Origin: Methanobacteriota archaeon
GTDB lineage: Archaea; JAADCQ01; Methanopyri; Methanopyrales; Methanopyraceae
DNA length: 32,000 bases
Direction of reading: 5' to 3'
Assembly (NCBI GenBank): GCA_027064425.1
Contig: JAMOPO010000052.1
Location: 52,372-84,371 of the forward strand
The position numbers and the translations under genes are program-made. The notes beneath the pieces were generated by a model. It worked only from the letters and a program-made list of their open reading frames with translations, searched no databases and was not told where the DNA came from. Below, in pieces: positions 30,014 through 32,000 of this stretch. Position 1 is the stretch's first letter, and each line of letters begins with the position of its first letter.

Positions 30014-30508
30014 ATGATCGGGCTGATCTCGGACACGCACGACAACCTGAAGGCCGTGGACGAGCTGGCGGACCGACTTAATGACGTGGGCGTTGAGGTC
30101 GTCCTGCACGCCGGCGACTACATCGCGCCGTTCACGATCCCCGAGCTGGCGAAGGTCGAGTGCGAGGAGTTTATAGGCGTTTTCGGAAACAACGACGGCG
30201 AGCGCGACTTCCTCCGGGAGAAGGCCGAAGAGGTCGGCTTTAACCTCGCTGGAGAGGTCTTCACGGGGGAGGTCCTCGGGCTGAAAGTGGCCATGGTGCA
30301 CGGCCACGAGGAGGCGGTCGTCGAAGCCCTCGCCCGCTCCGGCCAGTACGACGTGGTCGTCTACGGGCACACTCACGAGCCCGAGGAGCGTAAAGAGGGA
30401 GACACCCTCGTCGTGAACCCGGGCGAGGCCTGCGGGTACGTGACCGGGCGTCGCACCGTCGCCGTGCTGGACCCGGACGAGCTCACCGTTGAGATGATTG
30501 AGTTTTAG
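30014..30508 (+). CDS. MJ0936/YfcE-family metallophosphoesterase
   Basis: ATG 30014 is preceded by GGGGGG and an 8-nt spacer. Motifs: ISDTHDN, HAGDY, GNNDGE, HGH, GHTHEP. Confidence 0.82.
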   Translation: MIGLISDTHDNLKAVDELADRLNDVGVEVVLHAGDYIAPFTIPELAKVECEEFIGVFGNNDGERDFLREKAEEVGFNLAGEVFTGEVLGLKVAMVHGHEEAVVEALARSGQYDVVVYGHTHEPEERKEGDTLVVNPGEACGYVTGRRTVAVLDPDELTVEMIEF

Positions 30509-30514
30509 GAACCG

Positions 30515-31720
30515 ATGACGAGCACGGCCTTCGCCCGACGGGGTGATGACATCCACCCGAGCCGAGGACTCCCCCCGTTCGCCAGGCCCGACCTGGACGA
30601 CCCCCGAGTGGTGAACTTCCTCCGCGCCCGCACTCGGGACTACTCCCGGCTACTCTCCACGCTCACCGCCCCCGTCCGCTGGTACACCCTTCGAGTTAAC
30701 ACGCTGAAAACAGACCGCGACAGCGTCCTCGAGCTCCTGTCCGAGGAGTTCCCGGATCGGCGCGTCCGCCCCTCCCCCTACTCCGATCACGCCGTGGAGA
30801 TCGAGGTTAAGGGCCCGTACCGGATCCCGCGCGAGGAGCGGGTCGTGGTGGTCGACAAGTTCGCGGCGGAGAGCGTGTACGTGGGCGCCGACCTGTACGC
30901 TCCCGGCGTGCTCGAGGCCGAGGGTGTGAGGAAAGGGGACCGAGTGACGGTCGTCTCCGAGCGCGGTCATCCGGTGGCCGTCGGTGTCGCCGAGATGGAT
31001 GGGGAGGAGATGGAGGAGCGGGACCGGGGGCTGGCCGTCCGCATCGAGCGCTCCGCGTACAGTGCTCCCAAGGTGCGAGCCACCCGCGCCTACGCCAAGG
31101 GATGGATTTACTCCCAGGGGCTCCCCTCCATCCTCGCCGTCGAGGCCCTCGACCCTCAGCCGGGTGAGTCCGTCATCGACCTGTGCGCCGCACCGGGCGG
31201 CAAGTGCTCGTACGTCGCCCAGCTCACGGGCCCCGACTCCAAAATCGTCGCCATCGATCGGTCCAGACCTCGCCTGGAGAAGATGGAGCGGAGGCTGAAG
31301 CGGCTCGGCATCGACTGGGTCAGGGTGATCCACGGGGACGCCCGAGAGGTGGTGCGGCAGCGGTTCCGGGAGCGGTTCGACGTGGCGATCGTGGACCCTC
31401 CCTGCACCGCCCTGGGCGTGCGGCCCAAGCTGTGGATCGAGGCGACCTACGAGGAGTGCGTGGGGCTACCCTCTTACCAGTTCTCCCTGCTCAAGGCCGG
31501 CTACGAGGCCCTGGTGGAGGGCGGGCGACTGCTCTACGCCACCTGCACGCTGACTCGTGAGGAGAACGAGCTCGTCGTTCGGAGGGCCGTCGAGGAGCTG
31601 GGGATGGAGCCCATCACCAGGGTGCTCGAGCCCGCCAAACCCTGCGGGCACGGCGCGATCTTCCTACCGCACGAGGCGGACACGCCCGGCTTCTTCTACG
31701 CCGTGCTCAGGAAGGAGTAG
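30515..31720 (+). CDS. RNA (cytosine-C5) methyltransferase of the NOL1/NOP2/Sun family with a PUA domain (NSUN6/aTrm4-like)
   Basis: PUA-like segment VVVDKFAAESVYVGADLYAPGV...GDRVTVVSERGHPVAVGVAEM. Catalytic motifs: DLCAAPGGKCSY, VDPPCTALG, LYATCTL. Confidence 0.82.
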   Translation: MTSTAFARRGDDIHPSRGLPPFARPDLDDPRVVNFLRARTRDYSRLLSTLTAPVRWYTLRVNTLKTDRDSVLELLSEEFPDRRVRPSPYSDHAVEIEVKGPYRIPREERVVVVDKFAAESVYVGADLYAPGVLEAEGVRKGDRVTVVSERGHPVAVGVAEMDGEEMEERDRGLAVRIERSAYSAPKVRATRAYAKGWIYSQGLPSILAVEALDPQPGESVIDLCAAPGGKCSYVAQLTGPDSKIVAIDRSRPRLEKMERRLKRLGIDWVRVIHGDAREVVRQRFRERFDVAIVDPPCTALGVRPKLWIEATYEECVGLPSYQFSLLKAGYEALVEGGRLLYATCTLTREENELVVRRAVEELGMEPITRVLEPAKPCGHGAIFLPHEADTPGFFYAVLRKE

Positions 31721-32000
31721 GTGGGAGTCCCCGTGATCGGCTGGACGCTCGACAGGAAGATGGTGGCGGCGATGGCCGCGGGCGTGGCCATTCTCGCCCT
31801 CATGATCTGGTCCTTTAACCCCCGCGAGATCGTCTCCGCCCTGTACCGCGTGAACCCCACCTTCCTCGCGCTGGCCGTCATCGTGCAGCTGGTCGACCTA
31901 GCCCTGTGGTCCCTCCGCTGGCACACCGTCCTCGAGCGGGCCGGCGTGAGGGCGCCGTTCGTCCTAACCTTCCTCATCAACAACGTTTCCATGCTGGTCA
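31721..32000 (+). CDS. Membrane protein, UPF0104/LPG-synthase-TM 'flippase-like' domain; N-terminal fragment (3' end outside the window)
   Basis: Hand-translated from GTG 31721, directly after the upstream TAG and preceded by GGAAGGAG. VGVPVIGWTLDRKMVAAMAAGVAILALMIWSFNPREIVSALYRVNPTFLALAVIVQLVDLALWSLRWHTVLERAGV.. has the RW-containing pattern of the family. It is absent from the track because there is no stop in the window. Confidence 0.45.
   Translation, partial: MGVPVIGWTLDRKMVAAMAAGVAILALMIWSFNPREIVSALYRVNPTFLALAVIVQLVDLALWSLRWHTVLERAGVRAPFVLTFLINNVSMLV

Overview
This is a very GC-rich (roughly 60%+), extremely compact archaeal chromosomal segment. About 40 protein genes and one tRNA are packed into nine unidirectional blocks. 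Most gene junctions are 4-nt NTGA stop/start overlaps or gaps under 15 nt. Three things point to a Methanopyrus kandleri-like hyperthermophilic methanogen: highly acidic proteins, a tRNA-Lys with genomic C at position 8 and an encoded CCA, and a Mur-ligase/MraY-like cell-wall cluster. This is inferred from the sequence only; no search was run.

Housekeeping content:
- Central metabolism and cofactors: sucD (3' end), a GHMP/pantoate-kinase-like gene, a 58-aa CooT-like ORF missing from the ORF track, pyrF, hemC, pyrH.
- A hypusine/polyamine block: aIF5A, agmatinase, deoxyhypusine synthase, and a divergent pdaD.
- An IMPase-MazG fusion overlapping NAD kinase.
- A histone-fold protein, a Nob1-like PIN protein and a retropepsin-like DUF785 protein.
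- Translation genes: diphthine synthase, UPF0212, GluRS, ArgRS, aRF1.
- uppS, an MJ0936-type phosphoesterase, a PUA-NSUN m5C methyltransferase, and a partial flippase-like membrane protein.

The most interesting region is an ~10.7-kb minus-strand operon (21344 to 10594). Its order is gltX, PP-loop ATPase, Mur ligase with a MurT-like Cys4 ribbon, ATP-grasp ligase, MraY-like transferase and a second Mur ligase. Three uncharacterised envelope proteins follow: a bitopic FtsQ/POTRA-like protein, a type-I membrane protein whose signal peptide lies upstream of any canonical start codon, and a polytopic SEDS/Wzy-like protein. Together this looks like an archaeal dcw-like pseudomurein module, and the last three genes are candidates for the unassigned polymerisation, cross-linking or scaffolding steps.

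A second notable operon is uppS, PhoH-like ATPase with KH domains, an Hjc-like nuclease-fold protein, a DUF364-like protein, an NYN nuclease and a PRMT-like methyltransferase. No CRISPR arrays, transposases, integrases or rRNA genes were seen.
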